Source: Pseudomonadales bacterium
Lineage (GTDB): Bacteria > Pseudomonadota > Gammaproteobacteria > Pseudomonadales > Ketobacteraceae
Assembly (NCBI GenBank): GCA_022361455.1
Contig: JAKSAW010000593.1
Location: 1,260-65,259 of the forward strand
DNA length: 64,000 nucleotides
Direction of reading: 5' to 3'
Shown: piece by piece, positions 33,678 to 43,207 of the stretch
Layout: the number at the start of each line of letters is the position of its first letter
Numbering within the stretch: the stretch's first letter is position 1
Translations under genes and position numbers: made by a program
The notes under the pieces: model-generated
The model's database searches: none
Told to the model about the DNA's origin: nothing
Seen by the model: the letters and a program-made list of their open reading frames with translations, nothing else

Positions 33678-34400
33678 TTACTTAGCTTCACTCTCAAAAG
33701 CAGAACCCCAAGCGACGCTTAAGCCGTTGTCTGCATAGTTAACTACTTCAGTTTTCTCTGCCGTTGCAGTATCTATAGTAAATACAGTAGTTCCCTGAAC
33801 CCCATAAAGTGAATTTTTGTTAGATGATAATCCATATAGCGTAGAGGACTCTCCTAGCTCACCTATTTCAGTTGCACCACCAGTAGCTACATCTAGTGAC
33901 ACTAATTCATCAACACCATTGCCACTGTCATTGGAGCTCAGGTATAACTCGCCTTTGTGAAAAGCAAGATCCCCAGAAGACACATAAACAGTACCACCGT
34001 TACCAATAAGATTTGATAAACCCGTTGCTGTGTCTATGGTATACAAAGCATCCCAAGCGGCATAAAGCACACCGTCAGCATCAAAGACTAGAGAATTTTT
34101 CGCGCCGGAGTCATTATTATGAGGACCAATTAAAGTCGCCACGCCAGTGTCTTTATCGATAGAGTACAAATCACTAAAAGTAATACCATACAAATTGCCG
34201 TCCGGATCGAACGCGATATCCGTCATAGTAACGCCCATAGCACCCACTACGGTTACTTCACCAGTATCAACGTTCACATAACCCAGGTTACCGGTGTTAT
34301 CAGCAAGCCAAAGATTTTTGTCAGCACCACCACAACCTGTTAAACCTATTGAAGAAGCAGCTATAGTAGCAAGTGCTATTGTTTTTATTTTATTTTTCAT
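33678..34400 (-). CDS. lipoprotein with five ~45-aa beta-propeller-like repeats
   Basis: 240 aa. Lipobox GLTG-CGG. A reiterated motif LY(G/A)....L(Y/F).ID..TG..T.IG occurs five times (for example GNLYGITFSDLYSIDKDTGVATLIG, GVLYAAWDALYTIDTATGLSNLIG). Confidence 0.6.
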   Translation of the reverse strand: MKNKIKTIALATIAASSIGLTGCGGADKNLWLADNTGNLGYVNVDTGEVTVVGAMGVTMTDIAFDPDGNLYGITFSDLYSIDKDTGVATLIGPHNNDSGAKNSLVFDADGVLYAAWDALYTIDTATGLSNLIGNGGTVYVSSGDLAFHKGELYLSSNDSGNGVDELVSLDVATGGATEIGELGESSTLYGLSSNKNSLYGVQGTTVFTIDTATAEKTEVVNYADNGLSVAWGSAFESEAK

Positions 34401-34565
34401 GTTATCTCCATATTTTTTTTAGCATTGGATAAAAATTAAGGTAACTAACTAATGGCTCACTCCCAGTCGTGATAACCAAATACCACGAAGCAATTATCGC
34501 GAGGTGGCCTAAAATAAATTGAACTAAGTGATGATTATTCTCTTTGTTGTGTAAAGCTTTGTTAT

Positions 34566-35555
34566 TTAATTAGAACTAATTGGCTCAATCATTCCTGGCT
34601 GAGTTAAAGCATAAATAGCGAATTGAGAGACCCAATGCCCGTAACCATAATCACCTTCATAATCTTCAAAGGATTGCTCTGTAGAGGCAATATGATCATC
34701 AACAGCATCTCTATAAATAGGCTCATCAGACACTTGTAGTATCCAGCTCAACCCCCATAGACGAGAAGCATTTCCACCGGCCCTTCGGCTATTTGATACA
34801 TTAACTGGGCGAATATCTTCGCTAGTTATCGATTGCTGATCTAACCAATCAGACAGAGTTTCTAGATCATACTCACCAAGAAGAAGTGCCCAGTTTGACC
34901 ATAAAGAAAAGAAATCAGAACGATTAAGCTCTATAGAAGGATTAATTGATGGGTCATAATCTAGATAATTATCTTCGACCAAACCAGATACCCATTGCTC
35001 ACCATCACTATCACCACGATGACGATAAAATCTAAGTAACTGAGTAAGCGCCCAGGTGTGATTCCCATACTCACGAATGCCCGGGTTTATGGCTCTTTCG
35101 CTTAAATATTCACGCAAACTAAACGCCATATCATCGGCCATTAACTCGAAAATTTCATCCGAATCAATATTTTCAAATTCAATTGCCAACGCTAAAAACC
35201 AAGCACGTCCATAGGGCATTTCGAAGTTAGGCCGAGCATTCATATAATCTCGTTCTTGACCCAACGCTGCACTTTTGAGTCGGTTTATCACTACATCTGA
35301 TTCTTGAGATTGCTCAACTTGATTCGCATATCTCAACACCGCCCAATGAGCGTGTACAGCAGAATGCCAATCTATACAGCCGTTGAACAATATATGATTG
35401 GTATCATCATTTTGTAAGCATTGATATGCACGATCACGATATTTAGAAAGGTCGCCTTGGTAAACAACTTCTGTTTTCTTACAGCCCAGCACTAGCATCT
35501 GAGCGATTAACAGGAAAAACCCAATAGTTTTTAAGTAAGGACTCTTTGTTATCAT
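34566..35555 (-). CDS. DUF2891-like lipoprotein
   Basis: 329 aa. Lipobox LVLG-CKK. FNGCIDWHSAVHAHWAVLRY and MPYGRAWFLALA resemble what I recall of the DUF2891 family signature. This rests on memory only. Confidence 0.5.
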   Translation of the reverse strand: MITKSPYLKTIGFFLLIAQMLVLGCKKTEVVYQGDLSKYRDRAYQCLQNDDTNHILFNGCIDWHSAVHAHWAVLRYANQVEQSQESDVVINRLKSAALGQERDYMNARPNFEMPYGRAWFLALAIEFENIDSDEIFELMADDMAFSLREYLSERAINPGIREYGNHTWALTQLLRFYRHRGDSDGEQWVSGLVEDNYLDYDPSINPSIELNRSDFFSLWSNWALLLGEYDLETLSDWLDQQSITSEDIRPVNVSNSRRAGGNASRLWGLSWILQVSDEPIYRDAVDDHIASTEQSFEDYEGDYGYGHWVSQFAIYALTQPGMIEPISSN

Positions 35556-35896
35556 TATTATCTCCTAATTATTTTTCTTATTGGCCAACTTTAGGTCGAA
35601 CTAGGAAGGCATAGAAACCCTAATATAGTAATTAGAAAAAATCTTGAATTTACTGATCACACTAATACTAAACATCACAAATTAACATTTAAGTAGATTG
35701 CGATGTTTACGATGAATGCCATAGCGTTTTAGGTATCTAACCCTTAGATATACTTTCACTAAGGTAGATTTGCACGAATTTATCTAAGTGATATTTTTTG
35801 TTGTTATTTGACTAAGAAAAACCTTTGCTTGTTAAAATATTCATGTATGGTTTATCCAATTTCTGAATATAATAAATACAAATAGCGGTTTGGATC

Positions 35897-37339
35897 ATGT
35901 TTTACCATCGTACCTTTAAAGTTCTGATATCACTTTTAATCAGCGCATTGCTTATTGGTTGTGAATCAAAGTTCGACCCTAATGAAGTTCGCAAATCAGG
36001 ACAGCGGCATCTAGAAATAACTGTTGCTTTACAAGACGACTGGGTGAATCCCATTGCGTTAGATACCTTAAGTCGACGAATCGTTGGCTTAAACTGGAGT
36101 GTTTACAGCGTACCTGAAAGCCCGAACACCTTTGAAGTATGGCCTGTGCCAAACTTAGAAATATCTGATGACAGACTATTTCAAGTTGCAAGAATGTTTG
36201 AACTCGATCCCTGGGTTTTAACCGCGACTCCCATCTATGAAGACCCTAATCATACCCCTGAAAGCGAAGAAGTTGGTCAACTCCCCCATGATGACCCACA
36301 GTGGTACATGGGACCCAATGGAATAAACGCCTATGAGGCATGGGAAATGTTTAACGCCATCGGCAAAAAGCCTGGAGAAGGTGTTTTGATCGGGCTGCCT
36401 GATACTGGTTACTTTGAACATCCTGAGCTTTTTCACGCTGACGGAACAACTCAACTTCGTCTTGATTTACAACGCAATTTTTACGAGGCTGATAAACCCT
36501 ATGATGCTCATGATTTCTGTAACACTTTCTGTGGCTTGACTCTTAACAAGACATACAAGCTAGCTTACGCTGGTCATGGCACAACAACCGCATCGATGAT
36601 TATTAGTCCCTCCGAGAAAAATCCAGAAACTGTCGGTTATTACAAGGCTGAAGGTGCAGCACCCTATTCCGAAGTGATCCCTATTAGAATCACACCAACG
36701 GTGTTACTAACACCAATAACAATGAGCTACATGGCGGAGGCAATCAACTATTCAGTGGCTCAAGGCGCGAAAGTTATATCAGTTTCATTAGGTGGATTTG
36801 CTGATGACGGCGGCGCACTGCATGACACAATTAAAGCTGCTCAAGAAGCTGGGGTAATAGTGGTAGCTGCTGCTGGTAATGGGCCCTGGGGTGTTGGCCT
36901 GCCCTTAATTTACTTTGTTGCAAAACCTGCAATTTATCCGGAAACAATCGCCGTATGTGGCTCTAATGCAGAGGAACAACCTTGGAAAGATAGTTCTAAT
37001 GGAAGTGCTGTAGATATATGCGCACCAGCAGAAAATATTCGCCGCGCCCGTTCAGGATGGATTAATCTTACCGAGCATGTCAAAGACACGGACCAAAGTG
37101 AAGGCACATCAATGTCAACAGCGCTTACTGCTGGAGTTGCTGCGTTATGGATTAGCTATCATGGATACGATAACTTGGTGGCGTTTTACGGCGGTGAGGC
37201 ACAAAAAGTACCCGAGGCTTTTAAGGAGATACTTAATACAGTAGGTCATCGAAGACCTGATAATTGGAACACTTATCGATATGGTAGTGGCATCATCGAC
37301 GCTGCTAAAGTTCTCCAAGCCCCACTACCGGAACTCTAA
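35897..37339 (+). CDS. subtilisin-like serine protease (peptidase S8) lipoprotein
   Basis: 480 aa. Lipobox LLIG-CES. Catalytic triad motifs are in the right order: GLPDTGY (Asp), GHGTTTASM (His), SEGTSMSTALTAG (Ser). A ~140-aa N-terminal domain has no assignment. Confidence 0.85.
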   Translation: MFYHRTFKVLISLLISALLIGCESKFDPNEVRKSGQRHLEITVALQDDWVNPIALDTLSRRIVGLNWSVYSVPESPNTFEVWPVPNLEISDDRLFQVARMFELDPWVLTATPIYEDPNHTPESEEVGQLPHDDPQWYMGPNGINAYEAWEMFNAIGKKPGEGVLIGLPDTGYFEHPELFHADGTTQLRLDLQRNFYEADKPYDAHDFCNTFCGLTLNKTYKLAYAGHGTTTASMIISPSEKNPETVGYYKAEGAAPYSEVIPIRITPTVLLTPITMSYMAEAINYSVAQGAKVISVSLGGFADDGGALHDTIKAAQEAGVIVVAAAGNGPWGVGLPLIYFVAKPAIYPETIAVCGSNAEEQPWKDSSNGSAVDICAPAENIRRARSGWINLTEHVKDTDQSEGTSMSTALTAGVAALWISYHGYDNLVAFYGGEAQKVPEAFKEILNTVGHRRPDNWNTYRYGSGIIDAAKVLQAPLPEL

Positions 37340-37602
37340 AAGATACATGTGCAATGAGCTTATACCAGGATTGATTAGGTAAACTATTATGCCTGCGCTT
37401 ATCTTTTAGCATAGACATCCCCCCTCCTCTTGAACGAACTTATTGGGCTAACAAATCAATACAAATGTCCAGCAAAGTCGATAAGAGATAGCGCTTTGCA
37501 GACTACATCCTGTTGATTATCATCTTCGATCAACGCTTAGATATACATCTAATGACATAAACAACCATAAGCTAGTTCAATCAATCTCAGCACTAGCTCA
37601 GA

Positions 37603-39723
37603 GTGAATTTAAGGAACACCATTTTGATCGCATTTTCCTCAGCAATATTTATTAGTGCATTGTTGGTGTTCCAAGTTCAGCCGATCATCGCACGCTACAT
37701 CCTACCTTGGTATGGTGGTACCCCAAGTGTCTGGACAACTTGTATGTTGTTCTTCCAGGTCGGCTTGTTAGTTGGCTATCTTTATGCTCACTTTATCTCA
37801 TCTCATCTAAAGCCGAAAAACCAGGTCATAGTGCACTGCTGCCTGCTCATATTGTCCTTAATCAGTTTACCCATCGAGCCACAGGCATATTCAACCATTG
37901 AAACCCTTCCACAACCGGTTCAAATTCTTAGCATTTTATTGCTTGCTGTTGGATTTCCATTCGTTATTCTGTCTTCCTCAGCACCACTCATTCAATCCTG
38001 GTTTTCTAGGATACATCTTGATAAATCGCCATATCGCCTTTACGCACTCTCAAATTTTGGTTCGTTGTTAGGTCTTCTTGGTTATCCTTTTTTAGTCGAG
38101 CCAAATCTATCATTAACTACTCAAACCTATACCTGGTCCACAGGTTATATTCTATTTATTTTTGCCATTATGTGGTGTGGTTGGCCACTTCTGAAAGGAA
38201 CCAAGGTCAGCGACTTGCGAACAAGCAAGATGGATCCATCAATCAGTAGAGCAAGTGGCTCACCTAGCCCAAGATCATCAGCGTCTTCCGTTCTTTCTTG
38301 GTTGCTCTTATCGGCTTGTGGATCCGCCATACTGCTCGCTGTTACCAACCAAATGTGCCAGGACGTTGCCGTTATTCCTTTTCTTTGGGTATTGCCACTT
38401 AGCTTGTACTTGATAACTTTTATTATTTGTTTCGAGCGAGACGCTTGGTATAAACGAGCTATCTGGGTCCCATATTTTATCGTTTCTATTGCTGCACTCG
38501 TTTACTTGATGCGACAAGCCTATGCTGAAACTGAGATACCATTATACTTCCAAATTGGCATCTATTGTTCTGCCTTGTTTTCATCATGCATGGTATGTCA
38601 TGGCGAGCTAACAAGAAGAAAACCTCGGACAAATGAACTAACAAAATTTTATGTATTTATATCACTTGGCGGTGCCCTTGGCGGTTTATTCGTTAGTTTA
38701 ATCGCACCTTTGATTTTCGTTGGTTTTTGGGAGCTACACTTATTAATTGTATTAGTCAGCCTAATACTTGTTGTGTCCTTAGCACTAGATAAAGACCTAG
38801 CTAACGCGTATCGAAAAGCTGCACCGGCTCTTGGTATCGTTGCCATTTCTATGCTCTCTTGGCAGCTACTAATCAACATCAATGAGCAAAAGAGTACTTC
38901 AATTTATAGCAGCAGAAGCTTTTATGGAGTACTTCATGTCTATGATTCTGAGCCAGAAACCAGATCTCACCGTCGCGCTTTATACCATGGAAGAATCAGC
39001 CATGGTGAGCAATGGAGGCACCCATCCAAAAGAGCTCTTCCCACTGCCTATTATGCTGGGTCTTCTGGTATTAGCTACACATTAAAACGTCACCCAAATC
39101 GGCTTGATCCGAGTAATAAGGAGCCTATGAAGGTTGGAGTGATTGGATTGGGCATAGGTACATTAGCGGCTTTTGGTAGAAAGAACGACGAATATCGTTT
39201 TTACGAGATTAATCCACAAGTGCATCATGCGGCAAAACACTATTTCAGCTATCTCAAAGATACTAAAGCGCACACATCGGTACTTATAGGCGATGGAAGA
39301 TCCGTACTTCAAGAAGAATTCGACTCAGGTGGATCACAAAATTATGATGTTTTGGTCGTTGATGCATTTAGTGGCGACGCAATTCCAATACACCTGCTGA
39401 CAAAAGAAGCCACAGATCTTTATTGGCAGCATCTTAAGCCAGATGGCGTACTTGCCTTTCATATTACAAATTTCCATTTGGATCTTACCGACGTTGTTAG
39501 ACAGCTTGCTATCCATAGTGGCAAGGAAGCAGTCTATATGTCATTTGAATCCGATGAAGACACCACATCAGCAAATAGCAACGATTGGGTACTTGTTACT
39601 AACAATCAAAAGTTTATTAATGACCGATATATCAAACGCTTCAGGGATCAGTGGCCACATACATTACGAGACATACACTGGACTGATAATTTTAGTAATT
39701 TATTTGATGTAGTTATGTGGTGA
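37603..39723 (+). CDS. fused polytopic membrane (MFS-like) / spermidine-synthase-fold protein
   Basis: 706 aa with a GTG start. About 12 TM helices are interrupted by a Ser-rich loop (SRASGSPSPRSSASS). The C-terminal class-I SAM/dcSAM-type fold has VGVIGLGIGTLAAFG...YEINP...DVLVVDAFSGDAIPIHL. Confidence 0.75.
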   Translation: MNLRNTILIAFSSAIFISALLVFQVQPIIARYILPWYGGTPSVWTTCMLFFQVGLLVGYLYAHFISSHLKPKNQVIVHCCLLILSLISLPIEPQAYSTIETLPQPVQILSILLLAVGFPFVILSSSAPLIQSWFSRIHLDKSPYRLYALSNFGSLLGLLGYPFLVEPNLSLTTQTYTWSTGYILFIFAIMWCGWPLLKGTKVSDLRTSKMDPSISRASGSPSPRSSASSVLSWLLLSACGSAILLAVTNQMCQDVAVIPFLWVLPLSLYLITFIICFERDAWYKRAIWVPYFIVSIAALVYLMRQAYAETEIPLYFQIGIYCSALFSSCMVCHGELTRRKPRTNELTKFYVFISLGGALGGLFVSLIAPLIFVGFWELHLLIVLVSLILVVSLALDKDLANAYRKAAPALGIVAISMLSWQLLININEQKSTSIYSSRSFYGVLHVYDSEPETRSHRRALYHGRISHGEQWRHPSKRALPTAYYAGSSGISYTLKRHPNRLDPSNKEPMKVGVIGLGIGTLAAFGRKNDEYRFYEINPQVHHAAKHYFSYLKDTKAHTSVLIGDGRSVLQEEFDSGGSQNYDVLVVDAFSGDAIPIHLLTKEATDLYWQHLKPDGVLAFHITNFHLDLTDVVRQLAIHSGKEAVYMSFESDEDTTSANSNDWVLVTNNQKFINDRYIKRFRDQWPHTLRDIHWTDNFSNLFDVVMW

Positions 39724-39915
39724 TGCATAAACGAAAGTCCTTATCACCTTCACCATTCAATATGGCCTTTTATATATTTTTATAATGCAATAGGAAAAAT
39801 CACCTAACTTAGTGTGAATATCATCAGTTTATTCAAGTCAAAAACTAAACACTTCGCAGATAATTAGCACCAAGGTACAAATACATTCCTGTGAAATTTG
39901 TTTAGTTGAAGCACT

Positions 39916-40791
39916 ATGATTGTTAGACCTATTGATGCAAAAGCACTACTGTATCTTTCCGACAAACGCACTATGTATCTCGGAAAGTTAGCGCCGTTAC
40001 TTCAGCAATCAAGTGCTGCATCAACGTTAATATTTTCCATTGATGATGTGTTAAGCGTTGTCGATCAAGACAATGGCATGGTCCATAAAAGTCGCAGCTT
40101 TTTAATACCGGCGGGTGCAAAAGCGACTATCAATACGAATGACTCTCATATTGGTCTCTGCTACTTAGATGCTCTTGGAACAGATCTAGCAACACTAAGG
40201 CCCAAAATGAAACAAGCCATTCCAATTAACGGTACATCGTGTTTCTACGCTGGAGTACCAAATGAAGAACTTGTAATAACCTCTGCAAGAGCATTATTTT
40301 CCTCACAAGCACCGGTTGAAATGGCTTTAGAGCAATTAGACCATTGGATTGGGAGACCAGTAGACGGCAGCAATATTCTTGTTGATGAGCGTGTAACAAG
40401 AGCCGTGGAAATGATTAAAGCGAGCGTTGTTGAAAATAGATCAGTTGAGGAAATTGCCAGTGAGCTAAATCTCTCGGTTCCTCGACTTAGTCAACTATTT
40501 AAATTAATTACCGGTGTCCCAGTTAGACGATTTAGACTTTGGTATCGAATATATATAACTGCTGCCAAGATGGCTTGGGGCATGTCGCTGACCGAAGCTG
40601 CTGTAAGCTCTGGTTTTTCAGACTCAGCCCACTTTTCCAGAACTTTTAAAGAAATAGGAGGCGTAAAGCCTTCTACCATGTTAAATGCAAAATCACATAC
40701 CTTGATACGTTTACTAGAACCTATTGATGAGGCGCATCTAAACGTGTCATTTGATCAAACACCAACATCGGAAGAAGTCGAGGAAGCCTAG
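39916..40791 (+). CDS. AraC-family transcriptional regulator (paralog of 32777..33571)
   Basis: 291 aa. RSVEEIASELNLSVPRLSQLFKLITGVPVRRFRLWYRI...SSGFSDSAHFSRTFKEIGGVKPSTM. The N-terminal domain shares the FLIPAGAKATINT / ILVPAGTTVTINT motif with the paralog. Confidence 0.8.
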   Translation: MIVRPIDAKALLYLSDKRTMYLGKLAPLLQQSSAASTLIFSIDDVLSVVDQDNGMVHKSRSFLIPAGAKATINTNDSHIGLCYLDALGTDLATLRPKMKQAIPINGTSCFYAGVPNEELVITSARALFSSQAPVEMALEQLDHWIGRPVDGSNILVDERVTRAVEMIKASVVENRSVEEIASELNLSVPRLSQLFKLITGVPVRRFRLWYRIYITAAKMAWGMSLTEAAVSSGFSDSAHFSRTFKEIGGVKPSTMLNAKSHTLIRLLEPIDEAHLNVSFDQTPTSEEVEEA

Positions 40792-41210
40792 TCTATTCTC
40801 CCCACTACCTTTAGATCTTCGACTAGATCCGCTTCATCAATGTAGCCAATTGCGTTTACATTCTTTTTCACTGCTTCTATGACCTCGCTTTTATCTGGGA
40901 TCACATGTGGTGGCGCAGCAGTACCAGTAAACAATAGACGTGCCCAATAAGCATTAACCTGAGCAACAGTTTTCCCAACCAATTGCCGATAAAAATCGCG
41001 CCTTACACTCGATTTTGGGGAGTGATCAAGCCTTAATGCCAACTGACCATTAGCAAAATATAAATTTCGACCCATATACATATCAATGAGCTCGCGCTCA
41101 GACATTTTTTCTGTGGGATTAGCATTATTAACCACAACCACAATAGCCGCTTCTGCACCAATAGGCACCAGCAATGCTAAAGTGAGAATAAATGGAATCC
41201 AACGCTTCAT
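40788..41210 (-). CDS. small periplasmic protein, half-size periplasmic-binding (PstS/PBP_like_2-type) fold, module A
   Basis: Signal peptide MKRWIPFILTLALLVPIGAEA-A. VVVVNNANP...MSERELIDMYMG...AIGYI resembles the phosphate-binding-protein-like domain, but the protein is only ~140 aa. The first ATG is at 41210, 2 nt after the barrel stop. The track start at 41216 is a TTG overlapping that stop. Confidence 0.65.
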   Translation of the reverse strand: MKRWIPFILTLALLVPIGAEAAIVVVVNNANPTEKMSERELIDMYMGRNLYFANGQLALRLDHSPKSSVRRDFYRQLVGKTVAQVNAYWARLLFTGTAAPPHVIPDKSEVIEAVKKNVNAIGYIDEADLVEDLKVVGRID

Positions 41211-41212
41211 TG

Positions 41213-42505
41213 TCAAAATATATAATTTAAGTTAATGGATACAATATTTATGGCTCGGTCTTTATCTGGCAAAGTATCGCTGGCCCAGTAGACAGTTCCA
41301 TTCTCCTCTACTCGAATATGATCTAGTTGCATTTTTAATGCGATGTCATAACGTAGATCCCAACGTGCTCCGGCAGCAATTGATTCTTGGTCAGCGTAAC
41401 TCGCGTTATATAGCAGTTGGGCGCCATCTCTTAGTTGAACCGCTAAGGGTATAGAACTTAGTGAATCCGGAAGGTCTGGAAGTTTAGTTCTTGAGGATGT
41501 TTGCGAACCTTTGCCTAACATTCCGTACACAGTTATCTCATCAAAAATGTAACCAACACTGATATAACGCGTGATATTTGATTTTATTACATCGTAATCC
41601 GTATCTAGATAGCTTATCTCGCCTTGAATAGTCCAAGGGAGCTTTTCATATACAAATCCCAATGCATGATAGAGCGCACTCTCACCCTCAGCTCTAATAT
41701 CATCCGCGGTGTTGTCAGCCCCATCCCAGCCAAATGCATCAGCGAGTTCAAAAGCATCTGCAACCAAATCAGTACCAAGAACTTGATTAATGGAATCGTC
41801 AAAATCAAATGAAAGAAAGCCATAGCGAAATCGCCATGTTTGATTCTCCCAAAGAAGGCTTGCGCCGAACATATTATTTAATTTGAATTCAGCGGCACTA
41901 TCATTGAAACGAAATTTATTTTCAGAACTACCCACTAAGAATTTGGCCTTGAAGGTTCCACTTCCCAGAGGCGCGTTAAAAACAATATCTGCACCGTCGT
42001 AGTAATCAAATGCAATTAGAGAATAGAAATCGGTGGGCGGCCTGGCCCATAAATAGGCAAAGCCAACATTTCGGTAATCAGACAGCATGTAGATAGACAT
42101 GCCAATTCTACCCGCTCTTGCGGTGAGATTTGGATTAATTCGGTACTTTAGAAACGCCCAATCGATGCTTTCTTTAAATGAGTTTTTGATTCTCTCACGA
42201 CCTACAAGCTGAACCGTTGCTGCCCAGTTACTTGTGAATTTCTTATCAAACTGAACCCCAATCACAGAGTCTGTTTTGTAAGACCATTCGTCCTCGAAAA
42301 CACCTTCCTGGCTTACGAAGCGTCGAAAACCAAGAAACTCGTCACCACCACGGGTTGCACCCAGGGTCAGAAAGCCGCTGACTTTGAAATCATTATCATT
42401 AATAACCTGAGCGTTGACTAAACCAGGTGAAATAAACCAGGCCATTAAGACCAGACATGAACCACAAATGAGCCAACGCAATGGAGTGTGAATTGATGAA
42501 AACAT
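41213..42505 (-). CDS. outer-membrane beta-barrel (porin-like) protein, family not recognised, module A
   Basis: 430 aa. Signal peptide ends LVNA-Q. Alternating amphipathic strands run throughout. The C-terminal beta-signal ends in Phe (SINLNYIF). It is a paralog of 43208..44530. Confidence 0.6.
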   Translation of the reverse strand: MFSSIHTPLRWLICGSCLVLMAWFISPGLVNAQVINDNDFKVSGFLTLGATRGGDEFLGFRRFVSQEGVFEDEWSYKTDSVIGVQFDKKFTSNWAATVQLVGRERIKNSFKESIDWAFLKYRINPNLTARAGRIGMSIYMLSDYRNVGFAYLWARPPTDFYSLIAFDYYDGADIVFNAPLGSGTFKAKFLVGSSENKFRFNDSAAEFKLNNMFGASLLWENQTWRFRYGFLSFDFDDSINQVLGTDLVADAFELADAFGWDGADNTADDIRAEGESALYHALGFVYEKLPWTIQGEISYLDTDYDVIKSNITRYISVGYIFDEITVYGMLGKGSQTSSRTKLPDLPDSLSSIPLAVQLRDGAQLLYNASYADQESIAAGARWDLRYDIALKMQLDHIRVEENGTVYWASDTLPDKDRAINIVSINLNYIF

Positions 42506-42732
42506 GGGGGATAGCGAAACCTAGTTCTATCTTGACCTATTAAGTATAGACTAAGGCTCTAATCCGCAAGCGTTGAATGCACTATAGTTATCTAAAATTT
42601 AACTCCATAAGACTCTGATTATTCTACCTTTTTATATTCAAATATTGACTAAACTACTATTAACGGTCAACTATACTGAATAACACCAACTTGGTTGCCT
42701 ACGCACACTATTTGAGCCGTATCCCAGTCCAA

Positions 42733-43161
42733 ATGACCACACGCCTAACACTATGCTTTTTTGTGCTGTTTTGGCTGCTCCCCGTAGCAGGCCATGCTGA
42801 GGTTGTTGTGATCGTTAATAAAGAAAACCAAGCAACCAATATCAGTAGGCAACAATTAGTCGATCTCTATATGGGACGCAATATTTACTTTTCGGACGGT
42901 AATCTAGCCTTAAGAATCGATCAAACACCTAAATCGAGTGAACGCTCAGAGTTTTATTTGCGTTTGGTTGGTAAAACTGTTCCTGAGGTAAACGCCTACT
43001 GGGCCAGATTACTATTCACTGGAAGAGCATCACCTCCACATGTAGTGGAGAGCACAGACAAGATCCTAGAAATCGTGAGCAATAACAGGTACGCCATCGC
43101 TTATATCGAAAAGAGCGAGCTAAACGATTCTGTAAAAGTTCTAGAAAGCGTGGAGTTTTAA
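42733..43161 (+). CDS. small periplasmic protein, half-size periplasmic-binding fold, module B
   Basis: The track ORF starts at a TTG at 42691. I prefer ATG Met15 (MTTRLTLCFFVLFWLLPVAGHA-E). It shares VNAYWARLLFTG and LYMGRN.YF..G.LALR.D..PKSS with module A. Confidence 0.65.
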   Translation: MTTRLTLCFFVLFWLLPVAGHAEVVVIVNKENQATNISRQQLVDLYMGRNIYFSDGNLALRIDQTPKSSERSEFYLRLVGKTVPEVNAYWARLLFTGRASPPHVVESTDKILEIVSNNRYAIAYIEKSELNDSVKVLESVEF

Positions 43162-43207
43162 TGATGGTTAAAAAGGCACAATACACTAGCAGGGAAACGA
43201 GCGTTCG

